Assembly (NCBI GenBank): GCA_050084985.1
Contig: JBITNC010000002.1
Location: forward strand, 18,724,001-18,788,000
Reading direction: 5' to 3'
Source: Nageia nagi
Taxonomy: Eukaryota > Plantae > Pinophyta
Length of the DNA: 64,000 bases
The notes beneath the pieces were generated by a model. It saw nothing but the letters and a program-made list of their open reading frames with translations. It did no database searches and had not been told where the DNA came from. Each line of letters begins with the position of its first letter. The first letter of the stretch is position 1. Below, piece after piece: positions 1 to 12,895 of the stretch. A program made the translations under genes and the position numbers.

Positions 1-3000
1 GGGTGTATTTTATCAAAAACAAAGATGAAGCATTTGATTGTTTTAAGGAATTCAAATTATTTATTTAGAAGCAAAGTGGGCATAGTGTGAAGTGTTTGAG
101 AAGTGATAGAGGATGGGGGAATATAGTAGCAATGAATTTTTTAAGTTTTGCAAGGAGAATGGCATTAGAAGATACCTTACTTATCCCTACATAAAATAAC
201 AAAATGGTGTAGTGGAAAGGAAAAATAGGACTCTTCTTGAGATGGCAAGAAGAATGATGCAAAGTAAGAAGTTGCCCAACATTTATTAGGCTGAAGTAAT
301 AAGGATAGTAGTATACATTTTGAACTAGTCTCCTATAAGATGAAGCTTGGTTTGAAAGAAAACCAAATTTGGAACACTTGAGAGTGCTTGGGTGTCTTAC
401 ATATGTGCACATCAATGATGAAAAGAGGAGGAAGTTGGATGCAAAAACTAATCCTTTTGTGTTTATAGGATATTGTGAGCATTGAAAAGCCTACAAATTC
501 TATAATCCCAAGAGCCACAAAATAATTGTGTCAAGAGATGCAATTTTTGATGAAAGGGGAGAGTATAGTAATACAAAATTACAATAGAGTGTGCTTGAAA
601 AAGAGAATTTGGAGAGGAAAGAAATAGAAAAAGAGCATCCTAATCATATTGTGAGAAAGAAAATTGAAGAACAACCATGAAGTGTTAGAGCTCCTAGCTC
701 ACCAAGACGATCTAGCCCCACTAAACCACCAAGATTTGTAAGTGCATCAAGTTCACCCAATGCAATATTGTTGAATCAAGGAAAAAAAGGTAAGAGATGC
801 TTGAAAGATCATCCAAAAAGTCAAATTATAGATGGCAACACCATGAGGAGAATCACAAGAAGCCAAACCCAAGAAATACAAAATTTAGTTGCAAGATTGG
901 AGAGCATACAAATTTATGGAGATGAAGACAATGGATAGCCCAAAGGTGAAATGGTAAACTATGCACTTTATCCTATTTCAATATTTGTTCTTGTTTCAAA
1001 TAGTACTATTATTGAGCCATCTTGTTATGAATAAGCTTATTCTAATGATGTTTGGATGCAATCTATAGAAGAGTAGATTGATGCTATTGAGAGGAATGAC
1101 ACTTGGGAACTTTGTGAGTTTCCCAAAGGTAAGAAAGTAATTGGTCCAAAATGGATGTACAAAAAAACTATACAAGAGTGATGGAAGTATTGAAAGAAAC
1201 AAAAAAAGGCTAGTGGAAAAATGAATCACTCAGTAGTATGGAGTGGATTTTAGAAAAACATTTGCACTAGTTGCAAGGTAAAACATAATTAGATTGGTTA
1301 TTTTATTGGTTGCAAGAAAAAGTTGGAAAGTCAAAAATATGGATGCAAAAAGTGCATTTTTAAATGGATACATCAGTGAAGAGGTGTATGTAGCACATCC
1401 TCAACATTTTGAGGTTCTTGAAAAAGAATACCATGTATATAAGTTCAAAAGGGCACTATATTGTTTGAAGTAAGCTCCAAGAGCTTGGTATACAAGAATC
1501 AATGGATACTTAAAATGTGTGGATTTTCAAATAAGTGTAATTGAACATACCTTGTATTTTAAGAAAAAAATGTATTGATATTTTGATTGTTTACTTGTAT
1601 GTATATAATTTGATCTTCATGGGTAGTAATAATAAATAAAATGAGGATTTCAAAACTCAAATTATGGCTAAGTTTGGAATGAAGGATGTTGGTTTGATGA
1701 GCTACTTTCTTGGCTTGGAGGTGTATCAAACACAGGATGAAATGTTTTGTCTCGATCTAAATATGCAAGATATATATCAAAAAAATTAAAAATGCATAAT
1801 ATTACACATGTTACAACATCTACAGCTCATGAAGAACATCTTTGTAAGGAAGATAGAGAACAAAAAGTGAATAAGAAAGAATATATAAGCATTGTTGGAA
1901 GCCTTATATTTCTCATAAATACAAAACTAGATTTGCAATTTAGTGTATATTTGGTTGCAAGATACATTAGCGATCCATAAATTGTACACCTCAAACTAGC
2001 AAAGAGAATATTGATATATGTGAAGGTAACAGTAAACTATGGAATACATTATACATGTAATTTCAAGCTCCAACTCACATGTTTTAGCTATAGTGACTGG
2101 ATCAATGATTTGGATGTTAGAAAGAGTGCAAGTGGGAATTGTTTCTCTCTTGGATCAGGTTTGATATCATGGATCTCTAGAAAATAATCCATTATAGCTC
2201 TTTCAAGTACTAAAGCTCAATATGTAGCAGTAACAAGTGCTTCAACACAAGCACTATGGTTGAGGAAGGTGTTGAAGGAGATTGAAGAGTAGCAAACTCA
2301 AATAATAATAATTTTTTGTGACAACCAAAGTGCCATCAAGTTTGTATAAAACCTTTTCCATCATTCTATAATAAATCACTTTGATTTGAAGACTCATTTC
2401 ATCTAGGACTTGGTGGAGAAGGTGATAGTGAAATTGAGGTATTTTCCAACACAAGATCAATTGGCAAATATATTCACAAAATCAATTGCAAAATCTCAAT
2501 TTGTGTCATTAAGAGACATTATTGTTGATTCTCTTATCAACAAGGGGGAGTATGAAGATATTGAAAACCTCAAGACAACTTGAAGCATCAAAATTGGATA
2601 AAATTTGTCATCTCTATTTTGAGTGTTTGTTCTCTATCTACAAACTAGTATGTTGTAGGCCAGTTAGTCTAGCCCTAATAGGCCCATCAGTTAGTCTTAG
2701 CCAACTATTCATATAACTAGTAGTATTTAAGGTGTATTTCATTTTTTAGTATTTTGGTACTTCATTTCATCTTCTTGGTTTGTTCTAGCTTGTAAGTTGA
2801 AGGGTAAAGGTCACCTATGACCTCTATTATGTACAATAATGTAATTATAAGTAGTTAGGTGATGTGTATGTGTGAAATTAATTCTTAATAAACATTTGTG
2901 TGTGTTATGCAAATTTGCAGAGTTCCATTATTGAGTGTGTTTCACAATTTGAGTTTCAAAGTTGAATTGTTGTGCAATTCACTTAATTTGAAATTGTTAA

Positions 3001-3019
3001 ATAACTTTATTTCCCAACA
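1..3019 (+). mobile_element. Ty1/copia LTR retrotransposon (element A), 3' part: integrase-RT-RNase H-PPT-3' LTR, degenerate
   Basis: Broken-frame motifs in copia order: KCLRSDRG (~90-113), QNGVVERKNRT (~200-232), DAKSAFLNG (~1342-1368), YVYN (decayed YVDD, ~1598), FCDNQSAI (~2314-2337). PPT AAGGGGGAG 2542-2550. Many stops and frameshifts. Confidence 0.93.
2551..3019 (+). repeat. 3' LTR of copia element A (~469 bp)
   Basis: Starts directly after the PPT (TA, probably decayed TG) and ends TTCCCAACA, exactly where an unrelated minus-strand copia ORF resumes. Confidence 0.75.
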
Positions 3020-4138
3020 CTTAACAAATTATGTTGAAGTTTGGTAGTATAATAAATATCATTTATATTCTTTGTTCCTTCCTTGTTTACCACATCCATG
3101 GCACCCAAACTTTCAACTTGCAATGTGCTATTATCACCAATTTTGATTTTTGATTTGAAGTAGTCATCAACTTAAGCAAATAGCTCACTTTTACTAGTCA
3201 TATGATTGGATGCTCTCAAATCAAGTAGCCATGTCTCTTGCATGCTTGAATTAGTCTTACCAAATATCAAAATAAATTTGCATCTCATAATGCCCAAATA
3301 TATTTAATAGTAACATTGCTTGTTAGATTTATCATTGGCCTTAGTTTGTTGGTGTTTTTGGTCTCTTCCATTGCTTCTCCCTTAACCTTTACCTTAATTA
3401 GCCCCTCTTCTTCCTCTTCCTCTTCCTTTTCCTTGGCATCTTCTATGAATAATAAAATTGGCTTCCCCTTATTTGAATGCAAAAGCCTTATCATCACCAC
3501 CTCCAAATCTTGAAGATGATGAATCTTGTAGTCTCTCTTCATGGGACATCAGTGACCAAACAAGTTGATCAAAAGTGATAGTAGCAAGATTTTTTCTCTC
3601 TTTAATAATGATTGCAACATAGTTCCATTTTGGAAGAAGAGATATCAAACATTTCTTTGCAACCATATTATTTTTGATTATTTCTCCAAGTGTATTTATT
3701 TTGTTTGACACAAGATTACACTCTAACATAATAGTCACCAAACTTCTCATCATCTTACATCTTGAGATTTTCAAAATTTCTCTTGAGAGTTTGAATTCTC
3801 ACATGCTTTAGTTGATCAATACCTTGGTATCCATCCTTCAAATCCTTCCATGCATCTTTGGTTGATTTACATGAATATATCCTTGCAAATATGCTCTTAT
3901 ATTAGGCCATTTGAAGGTGATACAAGGCATACTAGTTCTTCTTTTATTCTTCCTTTCTTGAGGTCTTATCGAACCCTTACAAAACATTCCAATCAATTGG
4001 CTCTACATAGCCATCTTCAACAATCTCCCAAAATCCTTTTCCAATGAGTAAGGTATTCATTTTGATAGACCAATGCTCATAATCCTCTCCATAAAACTTA
4101 AGAATTGATCATGAGAAATTACTGCCATTTGAAGCCAT
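3020..4138 (-). mobile_element. Ty1/copia element B, gag-protease remnant (interrupted by element A)
   Basis: Minus strand: gag start MASNGSNF...GEDYEHWSIKM (ATG 4138), UBN2-like KKCLISLLPKWNYVAIII..LVWSLMSHEERL (ORF 3469-3774), protease WLLDLRASNHMT (~3195-3233), then NDIYYTTKLQHNLL cut at 3020. Confidence 0.88.
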
Positions 4139-4762
4139 TCTCCAATGCTCAAATGCAAAAAACTTGGAAATGAAACTTGAAGATGCTTGATAAGTCTCTT
4201 TACAATTCTCCCACTCTAACCCAAATGGACTTAATAGCTTTGAAATATATGATAATAATGGAAAATAATAGCGATGATTTTGCTAAAATGTATAAAAATT
4301 CGTATTTTTAAAATTTTAATTTTGTTGAATTGCAGGCCTGTACTTCCACTTGGTAGCCATAATTTTATTATATTTAATGTTATATTAATTTATAGTATAT
4401 CCATAAAAACCAAATGTGTTTTGGCACATGTAGCCTTGAATTTATAGGAATAAAATGGGTTTTGGCCCATGTAGACTTGAAGTTATTAAAAGTGTCATTT
4501 ATTTCTAGAAAATAGTCATGGTATATAACTTAATTGTGATAATTTACAGATACCACATTAAAAAATAAACTATTTTTCTAATTTTATTTGGGTTAAGTTT
4601 ATTAGTTTATTTAATTAGAAAACAACATGGTTTCAACTACAAATCCATAAACTCCAAATGCTATGTTTGATAACAGAAATACATCCACAAGTTATCCCAT
4701 TCAAAAATGTATTTTTATTAATTTTTAAATATCATGATTAGTTTCTTACTTTATTTGAAGAC

Positions 4763-5084
4763 AAGCCATGTTGAAACATTGGATAGGGTTCTAATGATGT
4801 TGAAACATTCAACATGGCTTGATCTATGTTGAAATATTTGACACAAGTGAAGCCATGTCAAAATAGTTAATAGGGATCAAGCCATGTTAAAATATTTGAT
4901 AGGGCTCAAGCTATGTCTAGACATTCAACAGGGCTAAAGCAATGTTTAAATATTCAAAACGTATTAGGAAATATCAAAATATTCAATAAGGAAAAATCCA
5001 TATCAAAATATTTGATAGGGGTAAATCCATATCAAAATATTCAATAGGGCTTAAGCCATATCAAACATTTGACATGACTAAAGC
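4763..5084. repeat. Tandem array of ~11 x 29-bp diverged, self-complementary units
   Basis: Units start at 4763, 4792, 4821, 4850, 4879, 4908, 4937, 4966, 4995, 5024 and 5053. Inferred consensus AAGCCATGTCGAAACATTCGACAKGGCTY. Confidence 0.85.
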
Positions 5085-6299
5085 TCTTTTATGTGTGAAT
5101 TTCTAACATACATTTATATTATCCTTTGTAAAAAAAAAATCTACCTTAAGAAAATTTTAAGGAAACTAGTCTTATTATTAATTTTAAATTAAAATTATAG
5201 TATTGGTGAACTATTTAAAGTTGAATCACAAACTAAGGTTTTCTCTCTTTAAAAAAATAAAGTATACATATACTTATTGAATAGTGTATTCTCTTTGAAA
5301 TATGCTTAATTATTGAAGATAACTAATACTTTTGTAGGTTAAGTATACATGCATATGAGATGCAATAGTTTATCAAAATATAGTTTTTAAATTATTGTAC
5401 AAAAATTTCAATAACTAATTTACATTTGATTAAGTTATTTTTGGATATAATCATTAATTTAAATTTTTCATGATTTTTTAAAAATATATAGCCATAATTT
5501 TATAAATTTTCATATTTGTTAAAAATATATAGCCAAAAAAACTTGAAATAGTTTTTCATATATAGTCAATTATCTATATCCCAAGATTCCACATAACCAT
5601 AAGTTTATATAGCAACTTATAAGATGGTCTCTTATTTTCTACCCTGATGATCATATTAAATGTTATTTTTATACTTATGATGCTTAAATTTTTGGGTTTT
5701 AGTAGTATACGTATCGTTCAATCAAATAGTTTTATCGATGCTGATAATATATTCACTATTAATAAATTTCAATAAGAAGTAATAGTTTTTCTATCTTTAT
5801 CCACTAGCGTTATCATTTGGGTCCCTTTATTTATATTATTATTAATAAAGGTTTCAATTATATTCTATCTCACTAAACTTCCTTTAGTATAGTAAAAAAT
5901 ATTCCTCTTGTCAATAATCATCCTTAATTACTAAATGTAACCCTTATGTATGAGTCTTTATAGAAGAAATAATTTTCAAATAAGTAATTCAATTCCTAAT
6001 GTTTTTTATCAAGCTTGTAACCAATAATAAAATGATATAAGGCTATCTATTAGTGTCATCAATTATAATGGAAATGGATCCATATAGGATAGATATTTTG
6101 ATTCCTTAGCATTCCTTTTGTATTTCTAAGCTCCTCCTTAGATCATTGAAAATAAGTTATCTAGTGTGTAGAATCAAAATGATCTATTTAGGCTTCTAAT
6201 AAATTATATCTACTAGTAAATTCCATCTTATATTAATACCATCTCACCTACAACTAGCATATTTTGCTTCTTTCCAAGGCCTATTATCAATGTTTAGAA

Positions 6300-7150
6300 A
6301 AGTTGTGATTTTCTATAATCATTTTCTTCTCTAGGTTTTATATTTTATAGAGCCACTTTGGACATTTGCTAACTTCTTGAACAATCTAAGAAATTGGTAT
6401 ATTATATTGTAGTCATCAAGTTAAGATTTATACTAAATGTATTGTTCAAGCTATTAAAGGTGATGAGCTTCAAAAATTATTGTTAGTTATCGTATTAATT
6501 ATGATTTTCAATATGATCAATTAGCTTGGAAGAGTATGTGTTTCCCTTCTTTTCTTGTCACCACTATGCCTATAATGATAAATGAGCTTTTTGTTATTCA
6601 AAGTATTTGGTAAGCCTTGGAATTGATCAAATGATGGTTTCTCTAAAAAAAAGGATTATTTAGGGAATGGGCTATTAAATAATTCTCTTAAGATTTGGTT
6701 CTCCACTAATTTAAGTCTATAAAGAATCCTCTTTTCTCAAGTTCCTTGGGTTCATACTAAGAAATTCTCAAGGGATATACATAGTGATTGGTTTTTTTAC
6801 TTCAGTCTACTATGAACAAAATATTTATGTTAATAAAATCTTAAGTTTACATTCAATCTTGTTATTTCATTCAAACAATAAAAGAAAATGTATTATCCAT
6901 CAAGCTACACAACATCAAATACCTCACTTAGAAACCTTGGTGGAAACAATAATGCTTATTGCATACCAATTCTTAATTATAAATCCAAATTTGGTTATGT
7001 ATGGCTCTCCCATATCTTCACGTGGTTGAAAACTTGAATAACCAATATAATATCTTTTCATTTAAAAATAATATAGACTTCTTATTTAAAATCCAAACAT
7101 GCATTTTTTTGTGGGGATTATGTTTTGTGATGATATTTTTATTGACAAAA
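6300..7150 (+). mobile_element. Possible highly decayed LINE (L1) reverse-transcriptase remnant
   Basis: Faint ordered motifs FYRATLDI (cf. FFQxxWDI), IPHLETLVETIML (cf. SHLQFADDTML) and CIFLWGL (cf. KYLGxPL). Very degenerate. Confidence 0.3.
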
Positions 7151-7200
7151 ATATTCAATACCTTACAACATCTTAGCTTTTCTACAACTCTCCAAAACTA

Positions 7201-7459
7201 TATCACCCTCCAAAACTATCTTAAACATCTATTTTGATGTTGCATCATGTTTTAGATCTTCTTATGAACAAAAATCTTCAGTAACTTAAAAGATCTTACC
7301 TTTTCTATCACTCTTTAAAACTATCTTAATCATCTATTTTGATGTTGCATCATGTTTTATGATCTTCTTATGAACAAAAATCTTCAATAACTTAAAAAGA
7401 TCTTACCTTTTCTATCACTCTCCAAAACTATCTTAATCATCTATTTTGAAGTTGCATCA
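7201..7459. repeat. Tandem duplication, ~105-107 bp unit x ~2.4
   Basis: TATCACYCTCCAAAACTATCTTAAWCATCTATTTTGATGTTGCATCA... recurs at 7201, 7306 and 7413 with high identity. Confidence 0.9.
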
Positions 7460-7559
7460 AAGTTCAAGATGCTTTAAGGTGATATTTTCATACTTTCAAG
7501 CTTTCATACTTATTCCCAAAAATTTCAATTACTTGACCTGGATATACTTACTACCATGA

Positions 7560-8620
7560 ACTTCAAGTAGTCCACCCCTGCATACATCCAGTGTTCCTAG
7601 TTTTAGGCATACCAACGTGCATGAATATTTTTGTACATATCCCAACAGACTACCGGAAAGCCTCTTTATCGTCTCTAACGAATATGAAAACTTCTCTTCT
7701 CGTTCCTTCCTTTATTGACTGAATGTAGCTGACAATACCAGTTTTCGTTAAAAAGTATTTCGTCGCCCTTAAACGACGTAGGCATGCCTGATATCATAAC
7801 CACATTAAACAGTACTACAAATCTTCCTACGTAGCGTGTGTTCTGTCAAAGAGGGTGTTATATATATATATATGAGTAGTTGCAACAACAATATAGACTC
7901 CATCAGAAGCAGCAACTACACAAGGAAGTGCCAAGTCATGAAAAATGTGTCAAAATTTTAGTGTTTCAACGAAACTGCGCAACAGCTAACCTCGGAATTA
8001 CGTAGAACGCTTTACACTGTGGCATATTATTTAATACAACCATAATACACTTCCATACGCATCCGAGTTAAGCAGGTTCGGTGTTAACTTTTCTGGAACA
8101 TTCTTACTCTTAACTACTTCTGCATGTGTCAAAACCTTCACGTTATCCAGGCAACAACAATACTGCAATAATTTATTACACCTTCTCAACTACAAAAAGA
8201 AGAATCTAGTTTTTACACTCAAAGTATCACAAATTGCTTTTTGGGTGATGAATTGTATACATCGTCACGCATGGCTCCAATTGACCAAGCTTGGTGCCAC
8301 CAAACTCGGACAGTTTTTGAATATAAGCACGGGCTTTCGATGTGACAATACGATTGATAGAGTTGGTGTGTTTTATAGATTTAATATGTGGATTTGTTTA
8401 GAATGGAAGAGGGAATGCAAAATTTGGTGTGGGATATGATGAGCCAATAAATATTGATAGTGCAAATCCATATGTTAGTTTCGTTAACGCTCTCTGGTGT
8501 AATAATGAAAGCTGGTGATGAAATACAATCTTTGCAGAAAAGGCAAATCACAAACAGGCTCCATCATTTTCACTTCAGCCCGCTCAGGCTTAAAGATTAG
8601 ATTGAGAATTTGACAAATAA
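7560..8620. promoter_or_regulatory. Non-coding CpG-retaining island; candidate distal cis-regulatory element
   Basis: About 30 CpG in ~1 kb (manual count) versus a few per kb in flanking TE DNA. No TE motifs and no credible ORF. Clustered TGTCA/TGACA, ACGT and TTGAC motifs, plus a (TA)n at ~7859-7872. Confidence 0.55.
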
Positions 8621-8949
8621 ATACCTAGAGTTTAAATTATGCAACTTATAGTTTTAAAAAAATATTATATCAATTAAAATATAATATATTGTTTTAATGG
8701 ATGAATAAGCACATTCCTCAAGATACATTATCCAACAAAAACTAGAGGTTAGACATGCTTCATATAAGTAATCATGGGCGTTACAACTTATCACATTTAG
8801 CAAGACTCTTAATGTTCAAGATTGATAGATTTTTCCAAGATTAATCTCATTCAGTTTGAAGCTTGATCCTTATTATTCTCCCTAAGAAATGTCTATTGTA
8901 AGAGTAGCAACTTGTGTTGGTGCACTTATGGGTTGTCTAGGATCTTCAT

Positions 8950-10400
8950 TCAATTGTAACATGGAGAGAGGGATCGCGGGTGCCTAGGGGAGCCAAGGGT
9001 TTGCTAACAATGTAGGGAGCATATTTTGATGATCAATCAACTCTTGTAAGTGGATAAATCTCATTTCCACTTTGTTCATCTATACTGAAGTATGTAATAT
9101 CACAAATAATCTATTAATAACATTTTAAATTGGAAAAAAAGACATTTATTTCTATAGTGAAAAGAAAACATTGATCATGAAGGGGTATCAAACATTAAAA
9201 ATTGTTGGAGGGAGGGGAGGTGGATCTCCTAGGATAATTTGCTATCACTTTGTGATAAAGGACTAGAAAGGGGAACAGAACCAAATATTGCTTGATTACT
9301 AAAAAAAGTGATGAAAATTTTTATTTCATGGAAGAGTAGGTGCAAAGGAGTGCAAATCCAAATATTGCTAAGTTGCTTACCAAGTGATCTACATCTTGAT
9401 GATGTAAACTCTAGGAAACTAATACTTGTTTAGGTTCAAGGTAAGTAGATAAGGTCAAGTGTGAAAATGACAAGCCCAAATATACTTGAGTGAAGAGAGG
9501 CTCCAATGAGGATTTAGCTTTTCAAAAGTCGATAAATATGGTGAGAGCCACTCATAGCTAAATACAACCTTGTAATTAAGAAAGGATATCGCTAAATACC
9601 ATCTATAATCCTTCACCTAAGGATGTATGGAGAGCAAACAATCTCTTGAAACATATAATTACATATGCTTCATTTAACTACCTCAAATATTTTCTCAATG
9701 ATACATGTAAAGTTTAAACCTAGACTGTACATATGATAATCCCTAGTCTACCTAACAAATAAGTTGACTATTATATAGATACCAGTCTTATGAAAATTTT
9801 GTACATATAAGTAGGAGATTTGGGAAAAAGGGAGTCCTTATATAGTCAACATGGGTGACCACTAGAGTTTCATATATTTGATGGAAATCCCTTACCATGA
9901 ATAGTTTTTTTTACTAAACCCATAGTTTGATTATTTTCCCAGGTTACCAAATGCATGGCTAAATGATAAAAGAATCATAAATTTTAATGGTAACCAAGAC
10001 ACTAAGAGTGGAGGGGAAATCCATACCTTTGCTTCTTTATACCTATGATAAGAGCTTGAAGTAATACAATATCATACCAAAAATTTATTGGATCCCTCAC
10101 CTTTAATACTTTTGAACATTCCTTTATCATACAAGGTCATGAATTTATGTTTTCAATCACAAAGACTCATTATTGCATTCTTTTTAGGTAAATACTAGTG
10201 TTCTTAACTTACAATGTGAAAGATAAAGTTAAAGGTAGAATTTACCTTTAGAAAATCTCTAAGCCACTTTTTGAACTTTTAATAGCAAGCTTCGAATGGG
10301 ACCTAATATCATAAGGCTTAGTAATAAGGACTACATAGTCTTAGTAAGATTTATGAACCATGAAACACAGTTTACAAATTTTAAATTGTAAAAACTCAAA
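8950..10400 (+). mobile_element. Decayed, internally deleted Ty3/gypsy remnant (gag zinc knuckle, integrase traces)
   Basis: GGRGGGSPRIICYH zinc-knuckle lead-in at ~9207-9250. AF.K.. RT/RH linker at ~9515. Integrase-like PW...DYFPRLP at ~9895-9950. Confidence 0.45.
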
Positions 10401-11128
10401 TAATCTTCTATCACATCAAATTGATAAAAAATAAATACATGGAGATGTGACTTGTTATTTCATTTTCCATGCTAATTTTTGTACTCATTAAGGACTCTTC
10501 AACTTCATCTTCCATGACTTGTAGAATATCACTAATATTTTAATCCTAAAATATGTAAATATTAAATACAACACTTCTATATACTTATGTTATACCTAAA
10601 TTAATTAATATTTGAAACTAGTTTTAATCCTTACAAATTAGGTTTCCAACATTTATCCCTTAATCAAAAGATATGAAGAATAGAAATGAACATAAAAATA
10701 TATATATGAAGGTATGTAAAATATGCTTTACCAACAAAAAAAATAATATTCTCAAAAGGTCGACATATTGAGTTAAGCCTATATTCCCTCCTTAATCTAA
10801 AGTGGTAAAAAATATCACAACATAAATCATCTTCACAAGAGCATTGACAAAAATAATCACCATCCAAATAAGAAGAGTAGTGGATGACATCAAAGGATGA
10901 TGAAGTGCAACCAAGTCTCCTCTTAGAAAGTATGAATTTTTTTTTTCATTATGGTACATTCTAAGAAAGTTAAAAGCTCCATAAGTAGAATTTTCAAACC
11001 AATCAAATACAAATATCTCTTAAATGAACAAAATAAGATGTGGAAAAAAATATTCATCATCATGAATACTATAATAATGCACAAAATGAAATACATATTA
11101 ATTCTCATGTATATAGGATCCTCAAATA

Positions 11129-12895
11129 TGTAGACACCTAAAAATTACACTTTTTGAAATAATGAATTATTAGCATTGTACATGGTTAATTCATGGTTTT
11201 ATTTACTATATGGTTTTAACCCCATTGCAAAATATTCAAAATATTATTAAAATATTTAAAAAAGCTAATAATTCCCTAAAAGAGCTATAATTCACTTAAA
11301 TGTACAAAAAATGCATTAATACACTCAAAAGCTAAATAAATATGCAAAAAGGTATATTTCTAGATAACAAACTTAAGTTATGGGTGGCTATATATGTCAA
11401 TGTAAAATAAGAATTCCCTCCTTCTTGCTCATTTTATCACTTATGCTATTATGATTATTCCTCTCATTTTTCTCCAAGACTGCTCAAGCTAGTGTTTCAA
11501 GGGTTTCAAGCTTTTGAGATGTTTAATTTCTACCATCAATTGCTCATAGGCTTCACTCTAGATTTACTTGGGTAATATTCTTATGATGGAATTTAGATTA
11601 TATTGCTATATTTTATATTTGATTTCAGGATTGAAGAGGAATTCACCATGGAAATGACAAGGAGTTGAAGAATTGTATCCTTTTTATTATTGTGTGCATT
11701 CAGCATACTTGTTAGGTTAAAATCATACTAAATTGCATATAGAATTACATTCTTTATATTTTTTATTTATTAATTTGATAAATATATGATTAAAATCTAA
11801 TCTAAACTTTGTGGCTATCTTTGGATCCTCTTGAATCTAAAGAATTTAGGTTTCTTTATTTGATTTAGGGTTTCAAGGTTACAAATTTGGATTATAATAT
11901 AATTGCTCAATTTATTTGATAGATCTAAAGGGTTAGATTCAATATTTGTTTCAAATTTAAGATATTGGAATATGCATCTTTGCACAATAGGCATTTTTAT
12001 ATTCTACTCCTTTATTGAATTATAGGTAGAGGGATTACATTGCAATTTGTGGTGAGGAAAATTACCTAATTTAACTTGCTTGAGTGCCTTAAGGGGCTCA
12101 AGTTGGAGGCTTTTGTGCATCTTGGTTTGCATTTAGGATTTTAGATTTTATATATCTATAGCTTGAAGGCTTCATTTGAAAATCTATAAGCATTTTATTA
12201 CATTCTTGACCATACTTTCTATGTTTAATTGCATATCTTATGCAAATTTAAAATTCTTATGGTATTTGACATACATGTGTTGGATCCAAGAGGATAAGAA
12301 TTTGGGGTGTACATTAATTGATGAAAGTAATGTGAACATAGTTCTTTGATTAGATTTTGCATTTAAGGAGTTTTTGAATTTCCTTCCAAACCCTCTTTCT
12401 TATCTTTTCGTATTTTACCCTTATAAGATTAATAAAAACCATAATTCTCACAATCTAAAGAGTAAATTTGAGTGAGTTTTGGATAAATCAATTTGCAGAT
12501 GGATCAAATCAGATATAAGAAGTTTGAGGAAGAATATTTAATTTTTGAAAAAACATGATACCCCCTATATATACTACTAAATGTGCTTGCATTTGTAAAT
12601 AGAGAACACTTTATTGTACAATTCATTAGGCCTAAATGTGGGATCTCCCATGTTTACTACTAAACGTAAACATATTTATGAATTGAGAGTTAATTTTGTA
12701 TGAGTTTGATAAACTAAAATAGGCGCTAGAATTCATTTGTAAATAGAGAGCTTATTTTCTTATACTTGTTCTAGTATAAAACATGGTACCCCTTGCATTT
12801 GAAAATAGTGAGCTAGTGTTTTAGGCTTGATCAATGATTTATTGCATTAGACATGTAAATTTTGGATCTTATAGCCTCATATTCACTTATAATAC
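11129..12895 (+). mobile_element. LTR-like left part of an older gypsy element, probably continuing at 26659-~28600 after the nested element
   Basis: Begins TGTAGACACCTAAAAATT (LTR-type start) and has a U3/R-like pyrimidine-rich stretch. The right-hand part has ...CCAACA-TTTTGG (27712) followed by an MVKTRSQAKK start at 27738. Linkage of the two parts is inferred. Confidence 0.4.

Noticed and set aside
4763-5084. CRISPR-like array (regular palindromic ~29-bp units)
   Set aside because: Units are contiguous with no unique spacers, there are no cas genes, and the context is eukaryotic.
7830-7850. miR156-like TGACAGAA on the minus strand
   Set aside because: Only 8 nt match and no precursor hairpin is evident.
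7872-7961. 29-codon sORF (MSSCNNNIDSIRSSNYTRKCQVMKNVSKF) after the (TA)n
   Set aside because: The ATG abuts the TA repeat, and there is no signal peptide or known peptide-hormone motif. Cannot be supported.
8245-8439. 64-aa ORF within the CpG island
   Set aside because: GTG start, no recognisable domain and no splice context.
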